This document shows positions 40,171 through 53,352 of a stretch of DNA of 64,000 bases, in pieces. The number at the start of each line of letters is the position of its first letter. The stretch's first letter is position 1. The notes under the pieces are model-generated. The model did not search any database, was not told the origin of the DNA, and saw only the letters and a list, made by a program, of their open reading frames with translations. The stretch is from Amoebidium appalachense (lineage: Eukaryota; Protista; Ichthyosporea). Location of the stretch: positions 16,711,615 through 16,775,614 of the forward strand of contig CAVNZM010000002.1 in assembly GCA_963693365.1 (NCBI GenBank), in the 5' to 3' direction. The position numbers and the translations under genes are program-made.

Positions 40171-43100
40171 GCCGCAGACACAGAGGCGTGCAGACCCGTG
40201 CCGAGTTGATGCCGCAGACGACGGAGCATGGTTGCAGCACCTTGAAGCAACAGCCACTTACCTTCTACACATCTGCCCACCGTTACACTGCATAGAACAA
40301 ACTTCGATACACCGTAAGTCTGCACTGGACTCGGACTCCTTGTTGCTTTTACAATTATATGTTTACATATCATACGCGGCACTTATAACAACTCCGGGCG
40401 AACAGAAGCTCTTGTGAAAAATAATTGGTAAGTTCCGTGTCCTGTGTTTGTGGGTAGCACAGAATGATATTCGTGACCGGTCCTGTCGTGCTCCTAATCT
40501 GCACTAGTGTTCCGGGCATCTTTCAAATGGCATATAACGGCCATTTTTATTAACTCGTCCCACGTGCCCTTTGGTGCAGGCACACCCGGGCCCATCCGTT
40601 CCCCGCTGTCCTCCCGGGTGTATGGCCGGCAGGTGGGACCCGGGGTCTATGCCGCGAAGGGGACCGGCCACGTGGTGCACGTGGACATCCCTGCCCTCCA
40701 ATTAGCGAGCCCCAAGCAGCTACAAGGCCACCATTGCTGCTTTAAAGAGGAAGGAGGAAGTACAGGAGGAGATCCATATGCGTCCATAAAGGAGTTGGAG
40801 GCACTGAACATCAAGGACAACCGGGCCCATACGCGCTGCCAGCGAAAATGAAGACGCAATGCACCTGGACTAAGTTACAGATTGTTGAACCAGGCTTCCG
40901 TATGCCATGCATATATATATGAACCAGGCTTCGGTATGCCATATCATATATGCAGTGCAGAGTGATGTTGTTTTGCTTTAGGTTTTCTACCTGAAATTAC
41001 CGCAGTGCCACTTTGTTCCGTTCTAAGGTATCCTTATAGCTCTCTTCAGTCCATATGAACTAACTCGACGGTTAATGGCTTACATAGGAAAATTTAATAA
41101 CTTACTAAAGAAGGCATCCTTATATTTTTCAGCAATGAATATGATACCGAGGAACTTTAACAAATGGTACTTAACATGTAGGAACTACTTTGGCACATAA
41201 ACCCCCACCACATGGATGGTGGTGAACAATTTGACCACGTGACAGGCATGCACCGGCAGCACCGTCTCAGCCCACAACTACAATGTTGCCTCCCCCCCCC
41301 CCCCCCCCCCCCCCCCCCCCTACCCCTCGTCCTCCTTCCCCTCTTCCCGGGCTTTCTCCCAGTGCACTCCCGTTCACCCCTCTTCTCACATCCTCCCTCC
41401 CCCCATCCGGGGCCCTTCACCCATTCAAACACCGTTTTCCAATTTCCTAGTCCCCACGAAGTTCCACCATTGTTTCTGAGCTGCCCTCGTATCCGATCCA
41501 CTCACACAAAGCCAGCCGAAATGATCATTCAATATAACCCCTCTGAACATCCCCCCACCACCACTTTCTTCCAAACATAAAAAAACACACGGTATCCATA
41601 AGCCCCCCCCTCCCCCTCCCCCTCCCCCCTCCCTCCCCCCCCCCCCCTCCTCCCCCTCCCCCCCCTCCCCCCCCCCCCCCCCTTTCTACGCACCCACACC
41701 CACAATCAGGCCCACTCTCCCCCCACCAACCAATCACACGTATGCATGAGCCTAGCAACCAACCCGTATGCCCTGAGTGGTCGGGCCGGTTGCCTCTGAG
41801 TGCACGGTGGGTTGAAGGGATCGTGGGTTTTTTGTGTTTTTAATCACAACTCAACCAAGGGCAATTGGTTCTTATTGGGAAACCATCTAGTCCCGGCCCA
41901 CCAAACCACATATCCCTTATCAACATACCAAAGTGCACCATTATTCCCCCCCCCCCCCCCCCCCCCCCCCTTAGGTGGTCCACCCCGTTCAATCACCACG
42001 TCTTACAGTTGCAACCTGCCGCTTCCTCTCCCCCACCCCTCCCTCCCCTTCCAACCCAGGGGCGAAAAATAATCTTAAACACAAGAACATAAGCAAAGAC
42101 CTTCCCGATCCAGCCCCTTAAAACTTGTTTAGTTTATTTTTTAAAAAACAGGGATCGCACAAGCCAGTGCGCGCACATGTCTAAGTATATACACACGAGT
42201 CGTGTGGATGCTGTAAGTAATGTGATAAGACACTAGTTCAACAGCTAGCCGAAAAAAGTTCACATGCTTCCCCCCCCCCCCCCCCCCCCCCCCCCCCACC
42301 CACCCACCCACCCACCCACCCACCCACCTCTCCGTGTTCCATTCTCTCTTTCCTTCCCCACCCCCTCCCCCAGCCCCCCCTTCTCCTCCCCTCCCTCCCC
42401 CCACCAAAAAAGAAAAGAAAAAAAAAGCGCACCAGTTTACATGGTGGAAGAAGCGCTACTCTAGACTCATCATCTATCAATGTCTTAGGCCAGCGGCCCG
42501 CTCTACCGTGGTGCCCCACCCTAGCAGATGCCAACCCTCATGCCGGCCATCATATCAGTTACGTGTGCACGTGCAACATTAATCGGCACTGCTGTTGTTG
42601 AAAATCCCCCCCCTCCCCCCCCCCCCCCCCAAAAAAAAAAAAAAAAAATCCTCCCCTTTTTCCTTCAACCAAACCTCTCACTTCCCCCCCTCCCCCACCT
42701 CAAAAAAAAAAAAAAAAAAAAAGGTTGAAAAGGCCCCTTCTACCCATATTTGTTTTTTGCCCATATTTTTGGCGCAAACCCCCTCCCCCTCCACTCCCCC
42801 CCCTCCTCCTTCCACCCCCCACCCCCACCCCCCCCACCCCGAAAAACGCACGCACACACACACACATACACAAACTCCTGTTTTAGCTAATATCCTCTTA
42901 ATGGCGATCACTGCTCACCTTCCTTGCATGTCAAACCTTCAACTCACAGGTCCCCTCCCGCATCCCCTCCCCCCTCACCCTCCCCCCCCTTCCTCCGGGA
43001 ACGTAGCAACTGGCAGACCTACAGGTATTTCAAGAGTTTTGGGGTTGGAAAACGGGGTAGTGGGTCCCGGTGTTTGTGTTTTGTGTGTCTCCGTGTGTCG

Positions 43101-43829
43101 AAAGGATGGAGGGAGAGAGGAAGGAGGGGGGGAAGGAGGGGCAGACGGGAGAGGCTGCAGGGAGAGAGGGGGAGAGAGAGACAGAGGGAGAGGGGAGAAG
43201 GAAGGGGAGAAGGGAGAGAGAGGGGAGGTGGGGAGCCTGAGGGGAAGGGGAGGGGCAGACGGAAAGGGAGAGGGATTGTGTGTCTGTGTGTGGAGATGAA
43301 CGGACGAAGTGGAAGTGGGATTGCAGAATCGGGCTGTGAGCGGAAAGTGTGAGAAAAAGTTTTGGAGAGGGGAGGCGGAAGGGAGGGTGGAGAAGAAGAG
43401 AGAGAGGAGAGGGAGGGGGGAAGGTGGGGCGAGGGGTTAGGGGATGGAGGGAGGGATGAGTACCGAGGCATGAGGCAGATAAAGTAAAGGTTTATGAAAA
43501 AGAAAATAACGACACAAGGAGATTTGAAGGTGCCCAGACTGAGGCTCATAGCGCCCACGGAGGACTTGACCTGATAGGCTGCCTTCCCCCCCCCCCCCCC
43601 CCCCCCCAACCCCCTTCCCCCTCCTTGGGCTCCGCAACACAACACACAAGGCATTTTTTGAAGATTCTCCCTTCCCCTTCCCCCCCCCCCCCCCTCCCCT
43701 CCCCCTCCCCCTTGCCACACACACGTACGCACGCAGACACACACACACGCACACACACACACACACACACAGGCACACAGGCACACACGCACACACGCAC
43801 ACACGCACACGCGCACACGCGCACACACA

Positions 43830-43932
<103 letters not shown>

Positions 43933-43942
43933 CCCACCCACC

Positions 43943-43998
<56 letters not shown>

Positions 43999-44203
43999 AT
44001 CACCGTCCCCGGGAGAAACGAGACATAGAATGAATATAGTAGTTTGGTAGCCACTGTACAAGCTGGGCGAGGCCTCTCACCAAAGGCCCCTCTCCCCCCT
44101 CCCCTCCCGCCCCTCCTTTCCCCCCCCCCCCCCCCTCCCCCCCCCCCCTTCCCCAGCATACACATACGCACACACACACCGTCACACATAAACACATGTA
44201 CAG

Positions 44204-44270
<67 letters not shown>

Positions 44271-44284
44271 CGCACACGTGCACA

Positions 44285-44373
<89 letters not shown>

Positions 44374-44378
44374 GCGCG

Positions 44379-44435
<57 letters not shown>

Positions 44436-46383
44436 TACACACACGCTAGTACTTGCTTGCAGCTGCGTGAACTGTTGTGCGTCACTTCTCAAGAATGCCA
44501 CCTCCGCAAATGCCTTTATTTGTTATGAAGTTGTAATGGCTTTTGAGCTGGGGAAAAAAGTTCGAAGTTGGTGCTGTTTGCGAAATTTGGAGAGCGGGAG
44601 TGATAGTCTAAACCTGAGTGGTATGGTCCTTCAACGGTTGAGCTCGCATTCGGTTCGAATTCTGCGAGGAACAGTGACGACGAGAGGGTGGTGGCTGTGC
44701 CATACATGTTGTTCAGCTCGTCTCGTTCAGCTCCACAGCAAGAAGACTCATGCTCCATGGAGATTGCTGTGGTTTATAAACCAGACTCCCCTTAAGTCGA
44801 GAGAGATACATGTCTACAGTGCCAAAAAAAAGCAGTATAGTAATGCTTTGAACAAAGAGTAATTATGTAGCAACCGACACACAAGGCTTCATATGCATGC
44901 GGCCACATATTCATCATGCGTGACAGCTGCCTTGACGCTCAGCTGGCCGTGATTACGTAACCAGGAAGTGCTGTCGCACACGGGACACCGCGGGATGGCG
45001 ATGCGGAGTTGGTCGTTAAATGTAACGTTGGTACCTGGTTGGAGGTTTGGTACTTTAGTAGATACTGTTACGGTATTAAAAATATTTTAAGCATTGCTGA
45101 TCTATTGCTGGCACAGAAAGCGATTTCGAAATGATTAACATTTTTATAAAAAGTTGAGTAAACGTTGCATTCAGACGAATATTTGAAAAAATTCGACTTT
45201 TTTTGGCAATGATGTGTATATACCGTTTTCTGGCATACGAATTCGAATGCATGCGCATGCCTTTTTCGATCAAAGTGAGCAAACTCTCAAATCATGGTAC
45301 CCAATAACGGGCACCATATCACTTACGTCATAGTGGCTCACCAGATATGTGCCATTGTTCACCACAGATTTCAACTATTGAAATTCGGTCTGTTTGGGAG
45401 ATTATGAGCTTGGCCGAAGGTGGAAGTATGTACCATAAACAATGTAGCTAATGTCCCCGCCAAAAATACGCATAGATATACTAAGCAAAATTTATTTATA
45501 GAGGTCGATTTCTAGATCCCTTAACTGTATTCATATTATAATATGCCGGCTTTTTGTGCTTGGGAGCAAATTCAAAATGAACCCCAGCTACTCCATATTC
45601 AAGCACTACTTCAAGGGTAACACATACGTATAGCACTAGTGAGCAAGTTATTATGATGAAAACCATCAAACTTCAAATTTATGCTTAGTGCAACGCCCCG
45701 TATTTACTGTTTTCGAGGCATTTATTTATCAGGCGAATGATACTGTTATGGTACATAAGCAGGTCGTTCCCAGTGACGTGCACCGGACAAGCGAAAGTCC
45801 CCATAGATCTTCTTACGTTTTCGCTTACTGACAATAACAGCTCAGATGATGCGCTCGAATTCGAATTCTGTACATAGTCCGTCTGACTGGGTATTTCAGC
45901 TGTCACTCGAAGCTGCGTGAGAGAAACGAAAAGAGATGCACTATACAAAGAAGTAGTAGATATAGAATATCCAGGTTGTGTATTTAGTTGTACTGTGTCC
46001 TAAACCTCTCTGCGATGAGCAACATGTCAAGCAAACCGTCTGTGTAGCCAGAGGTCCACATCCTTTACTCGAGAGTCCGCATTCCCACGCGCATGCGAAA
46101 TCACCAACATCAGTTTTTAGGTGTACAGAGCAGCGTGGAGTTTTTTGTTGCCGATCCTTTCAAAAGTGGCTTAAGGTTAAGGCAGGAATCAAGAACATAC
46201 AACATCTTTCCTTGACTGATCCACAGTGCTCTAATGTTCGCATAGGTACTTTGGAAGTGGGCGCCACTGATGCACTGATGCTGGTTGAAGGACATAAAAC
46301 TTCTAACTCGGTCTGAGAAGTCTCGTTGCAGTTGTTTTGCCGAATACCTTACCCCGTCGTCACACATACACTATGTTTAGATC

Positions 46384-48791
46384 ATGCGTTTACTTGAACT
46401 ATTTCGTTTGTTTTTGTTGGCCAGCTCAGCCCTGGCATCAATGAGCACACGCACAAACACTCTCTACTCTTTTGAGGCCAGGATTGCGGTCCACACCTCA
46501 AATGAGCTCAATGTGACTTTACAGCCAGAGGTTGCCGCGTATCCTGGTGTGTATGCGGTGGGTGGGAGCGTGGATAGCCTGCTGGACCCGGTGCCTATTT
46601 TTTGGGTAAGTACAGATAATGTTAGCGGCTTGTGCACGTGAATCATCTATTTTCTCTAATAATAATTATGTGTACTGTTGAAACCCTTCGTGCAATTGGT
46701 GATGTGTGCATCCATGCGCTTTGTCCATGACCGAGTGGTACGCCCTACCGATGTTAGTGTTGTTTCGATGCCGTGTGGACAAAGCTTCGAACATTATCCA
46801 TGGCATGCTGGACTTTGTTTGTGCAAATGAAAGTGTACAGGGTAGTGCGACTGTGTGTGTTGTGTGGTCTGTGTGTGTTGTGTTTGCCTGTGTGCCTGTG
46901 TGTGCGTTTCTGCGTACGTCCCTGCATGGATGTGCATGTCACTTTCATGGTTGGCCCAGTATGCAATGCATGCGGGATGTGGATGCGCATGTGGTTTGTG
47001 ATGTGGTTGAAGTTGAAGTTAGCATAGTCTGCGCTGGTGTGTGTGTGTGTGGCGGGCTGCGTGTGCGTTTGTGTGGGCGCGTGCGTGTGTACCTGTGGGT
47101 CGGTTCTCGCCTGGTGTATTTGAGTATCTATCTGTGGCTCTGTGTTACACTGTGTGTGTGTGGGCACATGCGGGTATGGGTGCATGTGCCTCTGTGGGTA
47201 CGCTTGGGTTCTTGTGCATGTGCGGCTCTGCTAAGAAGGGCGAGGAGGGGGCGTGTGAGCGTGTGTTCGTGGGGTGCGTGTCTGGCGCACGCGCGTGTGC
47301 GCGTGCGTGCGTGCGTGCGTGCGTGCATGCATGCTTGCTTGTGTGCATGTGCTGTGTGCGTGTTGTGTCGTGTACATTTCTGTGTTATACATGTGCATGC
47401 CCAGTGTATTTTGTGTGGTGCGTGGCTAATCTACGAGTTTATTCTATCTGACAGTCTACATCGTGTACAATAGTTAGGCGTATGTGTATTGTGGGTCACC
47501 CCTATCAGTTGCCTCTTTTTTTGTTTTGTTCTCAGTCAATGTTCATGTGATTATAATGGGTGCACAAGGCAAGGTTTTAAGTGTTACTGTACCGTGGCTG
47601 TGGTTTTCTCTTTGCCCCTCCCCCCCCCCTGTGCGGCCCCACTCTTTTGTGTGCGCGCACGTGCGCACGCACGCGTGTGTATGTGTATGTGTGTTTTTGG
47701 TTGGTTGTTTGTTTGTTTGGCCCGGTATGGATTTGCATTCCCTTCTTTTCCTTTCCTTCCCTTTTTTTTCCCCCCCCCCTTTTTTTTATGGGGGGGGGGA
47801 AGGGGGGGGGGGGAGGGGGGGGGGGAGAGGAGGACGGGGGGGAGCCTCGGTGGGGATGCCGAGATGGACTTTCCTTCTTTCTTTCTTTCCCTCTTTTCTT
47901 TTTCTCTTTTTTCTTTTCTTTTTTAGAGTCTTTCTTTCTTTTTGGTTTGTTTTTTCAAACTCTCGGGAGGGGGTGGGGTGGGGGGTGGGGCCCCGGGTTG
48001 GGGGGGGTGGGGTGGGGTGAGTGTGTGTGTGTTTGGAGGGGGGGGGGGGGGGGGGGGGAGATGTAATCTACCTTCTCTGACACATTCCTCTGCACAGGCA
48101 CGACCGGTAGATGGCTGCACAAACATCACAACACCAGCCAACCGCACAACACCCTTTGTGCTGCTACTCACTACCGGGCCGTGCACGGCGGCAAACCAAA
48201 TGGCAATGGCGCAGCAGGCTGGGGCAAAAGCAGTGCTTATAAGTAGCGGATCATCAGATATGCTATTTATGGAAAGTCCCCCAAAGGATTATCTCGCACT
48301 GAGTGTATCCCAGGATACGATGGTGGCATTTTCGAGAATGGACCTATCCGGGTCGGTTTTGGTGACGATAAGCAAGCAGGCTCAGGTTGTGTCTCAGATT
48401 GGAATGGAAATGAATGTGACGTTGTTTTTGCAGTACTTTTTCTCGGTGCTGGTGGTGATTGGGACCGTTTTTGGACTTTCGTATGTGTTTTCTTGGCTGT
48501 TTCAGCGACGGTCGCAGGTAAGGCACTGTGGGTACATAATGGGTGGATCAGGACGATGGTTTTGTTTTAAGGGGATGTTTGGAGATGTGCCGTACTGTTG
48601 GTTGGTAACGGAAAAGGGGAACAGAGTGAGGCAAGGATCGGAAGGGGGATGGATGGGTAGCGGTGTTGGTTGGGATTTCTTGTTTTGGTGGGGAGGGGGA
48701 GGGGGGCGGGGGGCGGCAGGGGGGGGGGGGGGGGGGGGATGAGCGGAATAATGTGTGTGGTCCGACGTGGACCTTTTTTTTTTGTGTGTGT

Positions 48792-48838
<47 letters not shown>

Positions 48839-49136
48839 GGGGAGGGATGGGGGGTGTGAGGGGCTGAAGGAACTGACGGCTCACCCACTGTCTGTCTGTT
48901 GAGAGACGATGAGGGGGGAGAGAGGGGCGCGGCGGGGGGGGGGGGGGGGGGGGGGGGGAGGGGGGGCGGGTAATAGATTTTATGGCCTTGGGGGACAATG
49001 TGAAGAGAATGGGGGAGGACAGGGGCGAGGGGGGAGGGAAGGGAGGGGGGGAAGGGGAGCCAAGCACTGTGTGGGTGCAAAGTCAAGGGTGTGTTGTCAA
49101 TAGTGTATTCTTTCCTTTCTTCCGTTATTCATTTTT

Positions 49137-49178
<42 letters not shown>

Positions 49179-49190
49179 TTTTTTTTTTTT

Positions 49191-49222
<32 letters not shown>

Positions 49223-49596
49223 CGGGCAGACAGATAGCCACTTCCATTTTGTGCAGCATCAGACCCACACACACACGTGCATTAATTTACTCTGAGCGCA
49301 CATACCCTTATCACCCTGCGTTGTGATTGGCTGTTGTGTTTATGAGACTATGTTGCGAATTTGCTACCTACCTGCTGCATGCACTTGTGCACGTGGTGCC
49401 CAACTCTCACACATTGCTTCCCGACAGCGAACCTATGCCGAAATATTACAGAAGAGGAAAGAAGCCCTTCGAAAAAAACGCATGCAGGCGCTTGAAAAGA
49501 TCGAGGTGCAGGGCTATAAAAGGCCGTGTGCTGACGATGATCCTGCACAAGGCGGCATATACTGCTCTGGATGCGCCGTGTGTCTGGATGATTTCC

Positions 49597-49685
<89 letters not shown>

Positions 49686-50150
49686 GTGTCTGTGCGTACT
49701 TGTGTGTGTGGGCGTACTTGTGTGGGGGGGGGGGGGGGGGGGGGGAGGGGGGGGGGGAGAGGGGGGGGGGAGGGGGGAGGGGAGAGGGGCAGCAAGAGAG
49801 CAATAGGGTGTTTTTGCATGTACCTTTATAGTGAAAGTTTGGGTCTTGCTAATTATTCTGTCCTTCCATGTATGCCATGCACGTGTGTGCACATGTGCAT
49901 TTTTCTGTATCACATGTGTTGGTGTGTGTGCTTTAGCATGTCCATTCCACTGGTACAAGCGCAACAGGATTAAGGCGCTAGTGGGAGGAAGGGGAAGAAA
50001 AGGGGAAAGGAGGTGCTTGGTTTTGGTGGTTGATGGGTTGGTTGGGGAGGGGAGGGGGAAGTGGACTCCGTTGTAGAAGCTTAGATACCACTCACACTCG
50101 GCTTAGCCCGTGTGTGTCTGTATGTGTGGCGGGGGGGGGGGGGGGGGGGG

Positions 50151-50186
<36 letters not shown>

Positions 50187-51029
50187 AAAAAGGGGGGGGG
50201 GGGGGGGGGGGGGTCGAAAAGAGATGAGAATTGCGTGCAAGGGGGGAGGGGGGGAGGTGGGGGGGGAAGTGGGTTGTTGAAGAGGAGGAAAACAATTGTT
50301 GGGTTGTGCAGCCTGAAAATCCGAGAAAAGGAAAGATAACATGGTGTGCGCCTTTATGCCTTTTTTTCTTTCTTTTTTTTTTCCCCTCCCGGGTGGGGGG
50401 GGGGGGGGGGGGGGTTTCCGGGTGGGGGGGGGGGGGGGGGGTTGACGAATTTGCCACCGTATTTGCCTTGTGCATGACAATGTCTCCGTTGATCCCCCTC
50501 GCGCCCCCCATCCCCTCCCCCTCCCATCCACCCCCACCCCCTCTCCTCCCCAAAACCCTTTTTTTTTTTTTTTTCCCCTTGTTTTCAGCCTTCTGTTCAT
50601 ACTCTTCAAGTACGTACGCTTCCCAATCACTCTCTCCTGAAGTATCATGGTGTGGCACACATGCATTCGAAGCACATATTCCGTTATGGCCATGCCTGCA
50701 AACACACCTCTGTGCACATCTTTTTTTAAGGATCCAATGAGGGCGATTTGTGCCACAAACAGCATGGCGCACATCAACACACACAGTGCAGTGGCCTATC
50801 TTAACCCAAAGATTAAACCCCCCCCGTTCCCCCCCCCCCCCCCCCCCCCCCCTCTTTCCCCCCCATGCCTGCCTGCCCACCCGTGTTGGAGCCCCTGCCC
50901 ATTCACCCACCCACTTCACCTCGTGGACTGCGTGCGCGTACACGCACACGCACGCACACATCCACACCCACCCACCCGCCGATGCCACACCCACCCACCC
51001 ACCAACGTATACGCGCGGACACACACACG

Positions 51030-51095
<66 letters not shown>

Positions 51096-51700
51096 AGGGA
51101 GACATGGTTCGTGTTCTACGGTGCCACCACGTGTACCATGTGGACTGCATCGACGAATGGCTTCTTATCAAAGGCACGTGCCCATACTGCAAGATGGATT
51201 TTATCACGGGGAAATATCCAGAAGATTCGAGATCAAGCACGCATTTCCACGCCATTCCGCTTGGAATCCATGACATGCCTATGACTATAGGTGACGAAAG
51301 TGGGCTTTCCGGCGCCGCAGGTCCCAGCAGTTTGATTGGTTTGCGAGATTTGCACTCCCCTGCACCAACCAATAGGGACGAGGTTGGTGAGAGTGTTGAT
51401 ATTGCGGAAGGAAATGTCACCATTGTGGTTGGGCTACCGAAAGATTCTACGGCGGAAATGGAAGGGCATGGAAGGAATAATGGTGTCAGTGTGGATTTGG
51501 CTGAAGGAAATCCGATATCTGCTTCCGGAACCCCTCGTGTGATTGGTGACAGATCACGTGTTGGTGATATGGATGTTACAGATGTGATTGTGGATGTGGG
51601 ACCCACTGAAACCACAGACAATGCCAATGGTGGGGATAAAGAAGGGCCTGCTGGCCACGGTGGTGGGTTTCCTTCTAAGGAAGGTGGCGGGGGCGCCTGA
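46384..51700 (+). CDS. PA-TM-RING-H2 E3 ubiquitin ligase (RNF13/Goliath/RMR-like). Exons 46384-46605, 48098-48517, 49428-49598, 51095-51700
   Basis: Signal peptide, PA-like segment (GPCT..NQMAMAQQAGAKAVLI), TM helix (LQYFFSVLVVIGTVFGLSYVFSWLF) and RING-H2 CAVCLDDFQ|EGDMVRVLRCHHVYHVDCIDEWLLIKGTCPYC. All introns are phase 0 GT-AG. Confidence 0.92.
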
Positions 51701-52401
51701 TGCGATGGCTAATGTTCGTATATTTTTGTTTTTATTTGTTTTTATTTTTATTTTTGTCTTTTTTGCGAGTTCTCGTGACTCGAATACTATAGGACGAGAT
51801 ATAGTGATCACTTAGTATGATGAGTTTACATGGGCACTCGCTTTCCCAAACCCCACCGACAGTGCTATGTTGCTATGCTTCCGAGAATGACATCAATCTT
51901 TTTTATATTGTTTCATGTTGAACTTTTTCTTAAAATATTTTTGTAATAGCGTCAGTTGCTGAATGTGTGTCTTAATTATTATTTCAATCAAGTTGCCGTC
52001 TAACCAATGATCGAGTCGTTGAGAACAACCGGATGTTTCATATATATAACATAGCAGGTATATGTAGCCGATGCCGTCAAGTAAGTTATCATTACTGTGC
52101 ACGTATAGGCTTATAGTACCAATAGTACCAAAATGCTGCCAGTAGAAGATCATACAGATCATAGGGTAACCAACAGTGTAAATACAGAAACTTTCACATG
52201 TACAATGTATTCATTGAATGCTGGTGGCGTCAGTGCCCAAACAAAAAGGGTACCCGGTTTATGTGCTGGAAAAGAACGAATTGTTGTTAATAAGTGCGAG
52301 CAAGACTTTAAAGTCTTGTGAAAAGTAAGCAGTGAGCCCCGCACTCGTTATATCAATGGCATTCAATTGAATCATAACAGCTCACGATGGGCCCTATAGA
52401 G

Positions 52402-53166
52402 TGTTGGACATTGTGTTCATAGAAGCTAGTTCTAGTGCACGTTGTTCCTTCTGTAAGTCAGAAATGATTGCATCTTGTGAGGCCAACCTCTGCTCCAGTA
52501 GTTGGACTAGTTGCTGCAACTGTAAGTTGTCAGACATAGTGTCGTGTATGATGGGTAACTAGTCTATGTGTTTTGTGCACTGGAAACGACAGTAGAAAAG
52601 TGTAAATCAAACGTTCTGCTTCCCATGTTTGTGACATGGGAGGCACTGCTTTATATAGTCGTTGGCCACCTCATGGTGGCCTCGTGTGCACCCTGGTGGT
52701 GGGCCATGTACAGCATGGCCGAAAAGAGAGCACAATGAAAACAAGTCGTTAAAGATATAAAAGTTAACTGTGCACGTTGAGTGGCTAGTTAACTTGCACT
52801 AAAGCACACAAATAAACGTGTTTAACACACCAATTGCAGTTAAACGTAAATCTTGCTTCACACAACTAAAAATATTCTGAGAATATCCGGGAATAAAGCA
52901 CACTACCACTCTAAGAATAGAATCCTGTGGCAAATATAGACATGACATCATCTGAACCGGGAATATTAATTAATGAGCACAATTAGCACGTTGCTAGTGA
53001 AGCTCGTCATTGGTACAGTTTTGGCTCAAACATATAACTACCATATATGAATATGACCGTAAACAAAAGCTCTATGCACTCGAGTGAGTGTTGAAACAGT
53101 TATTCAATTGCTCAGAAACTTTCTCTAACAGACATTGCTAGCCGGGAGTACCAGTGTACTCCAACA
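52402..53166 (-). repeat. 3' LTR of the copia element
   Basis: Direct repeat of 58756-59520, TG...CA ends. Confidence 0.97.
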
Positions 53167-53352
53167 CCCCTACTCAATTGGATAATTGTGGTATGAATTA
53201 ATGCAACTGAGCTCGAGTGCTTCAGGTGCACAAAATACAGACAATAAAGATTCCCCTACTCAATTTTAGTATGGTACACGTAGTTGCACAGTCGGATGCA
53301 ACTCTCTCCCCCCCCCTGAAGTATGAGGGCGCAGTTGGTTGATGACGGGTGC

